From NCBI GenBank assembly GCA_028286565.1, contig JAQBRH010000004.1, positions 122,168 through 186,167 on the forward strand: a stretch of DNA of 64,000 bases, given 5' to 3'. Shown piece after piece: positions 62,869 through 64,000 of the stretch. Under the pieces are notes generated by a model, which worked only from the letters and a program-made list of their open reading frames with translations, was not told the origin of the DNA and did not search any database. The first letter of the stretch is position 1. Each line of letters opens with the position of its first letter. The DNA comes from Parcubacteria group bacterium (GTDB lineage Bacteria > Patescibacteriota > Minisyncoccia > Phycocordibacterales > Zambryskibacteraceae). Position numbers and translations under genes: made by a program.

Positions 62869-64000
62869 CTAAGGAACTTTCAGGAGCGTGAAACGACGTT
62901 CCGGACTCAGCCACTTTAGAGCTGAACGGACATCCTCCATGGTGAGCTTGCGAAGCGAGTCTCTGCTCTCTTTACAAGTAACCACCTTTTGCTCTTTTTC
63001 AAGATCTTTGAGAGCGCTGCCTCGGATAGCCGTCCCGTTCAGATCGCTCATGTCATAGGAGGCAAGCGACTGGTTAAGGGTCTTTTCAAAGAGATCTTCA
63101 CTGCTTCCTACCAGAGCAACGGACTTGGTTATGACTTCCTCGATACTGTCGACAGCCTTCAAGACCAAGGCCGAAGAGAATACCGAGAAGTCAATGACAT
63201 CCTGGTGGTAGGAACGCTCGGCTCTGATCTCATAGGCCCATCCGCGAGTTTCTCTCACTTCGTCAAACAAGATCCGGTTTAGCATCTCGCTCATGATGTA
63301 CACAGAGAAATCTTTGACCGATCCGGCGGGAATCACGCAGGCGCTGCCATAACTAGCAACTTCCCTCGCAGCATTAGTAACGATGTGCTTAGAAAATTCA
63401 AACACGTGGCGGCTCTCGGACGGAGCGGGATACGCTTCGAGTGGTGAGAGCAGGGGCTGGCGATCTCCAGATCTGATACGGCCCAGTGGGCTTTTTTCAA
63501 GAAGATCGACCGCCTTTTCCAGCGAAAGTCCGCCGACGAACACCATGCTCATGTTTCGAGCTGCATAATGTTCATCATGGAAAAGCTGCAGATCCGATTG
63601 AGCAATGCGACAGATCGACTCGGGCGATCCCATAGGCGAAAGATATCGACCGAGCCAGTGCGCCCCATACAGAACCTGGTTGAACTTTCCTTGGAGGTCA
63701 GCGAGCACCTTCACGGGATTTCTGCGCTGGTATTCGCCGAGAATTACTTCGCGTTGAATTTCTACAAAATTTTCTATTGGCCTCTCGGCAAATATCGCCC
63801 CGAAAATATCCAAGGCCTGACGCAAAATTGCATCATGTGTTGGTACAAAGAAGTGATATTTCGTCGCGTGATAATTCGTGGCGCCGAGTCTCACTCCGCC
63901 GCCCGTACTTTCAAAGAACTTGCGGATCTCGAGGTAGGGAACTGGTGTGTTGCGTGACACCAGGTGCTCTACAAAATGGGCAGAACCCTCAAGCCCGACA
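62869..64000 (-). CDS. M16 (pitrilysin/insulinase) family zinc peptidase, N-terminally truncated by the window edge
   Basis: The minus-strand reading frame continues past the track start. The last codons in the window encode ..GSAHFVEHLV.., the inverted HxxEH zinc-binding motif of M16. The region shown is the inactive C-terminal half-domains. Confidence 0.85.
   Translation of the reverse strand, partial: VGLEGSAHFVEHLVSRNTPVPYLEIRKFFESTGGGVRLGATNYHATKYHFFVPTHDAILRQALDIFGAIFAERPIENFVEIQREVILGEYQRRNPVKVLADLQGKFNQVLYGAHWLGRYLSPMGSPESICRIAQSDLQLFHDEHYAARNMSMVFVGGLSLEKAVDLLEKSPLGRIRSGDRQPLLSPLEAYPAPSESRHVFEFSKHIVTNAAREVASYGSACVIPAGSVKDFSVYIMSEMLNRILFDEVRETRGWAYEIRAERSYHQDVIDFSVFSSALVLKAVDSIEEVITKSVALVGSSEDLFEKTLNQSLASYDMSDLNGTAIRGSALKDLEKEQKVVTCKESRDSLRKLTMEDVRSALKWLSPERRFTLLKVP

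Overview
The window is dominated by translation, housekeeping and cell-surface genes from a compact, gene-dense bacterial genome, almost all on the minus strand. From sequence alone the genome resembles a CPR/Patescibacteria-type reduced lineage: no rpmD (L30) between rpsE and rplO, several ribosomal proteins with N- or C-terminal extensions, weak Shine-Dalgarno usage, many apparently leaderless mRNAs behind TATACT/TATAAT -10 boxes, a type IV pilus locus plus ComEC, and many lineage-specific hypotheticals. This assignment is an inference, not a database result.

Feature inventory (by coordinate):
- 83-1338: infC-rpmI-rplT.
- 1535-2899: a beta-CASP MBL ribonuclease.
- 3547-6397: ndk, map, adk.
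- 6415-13970: the spc/S10 ribosomal cluster, secY through rpsS.
- 21184-31836: the rest of the S10 and str operons, rplB through rpsL, with fusA and tuf.
- 31899-41852: an M50 protease, rpmB, split comEC genes flanking an Fe/Mn SOD, rnhA, recJ, a lamin-tail-domain secreted protein, HIT, pgk, tpiA.
- 41886-53060: a type IV pilus locus (three prepilin-like genes, pilC, pilB) followed by a metzincin lipoprotein and a 773-aa S/T-rich surface protein.
- 53559-64000: xth, yraN, a C39-like peptidase, five tRNAs in two arrays, cca, an orphan receiver protein, hup, rny, clpP and a partial M16 peptidase.

The most unusual features are structural:
1. The universally conserved rpsS-rplB junction is broken by a ~7.2 kb block. 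It carries a TruD/Pus7-like pseudouridine synthase, four hypothetical genes, a relocated rplJ-rplL pair, a YbjQ-family gene and small proteins. The block is bracketed by a ~70-nt direct repeat that follows the stop codons of rplB and of a degenerate duplicated rplL 3' end.
2. The str operon carries two independent insertions. One is a monocistronic 609-aa acidic hypothetical plus two small ORFs between fusA and tuf. The other is a self-contained 86-aa acidic gene between rpsG and fusA.
3. A 340-nt non-coding gap with a terminator-like hairpin sits between rplE and rpsZ.
4. A 590-bp non-coding region holds two perfect DnaA boxes (candidate oriC or ncRNA).

No CRISPR array, IS element or recognisable defence-system enzyme was found by eye.
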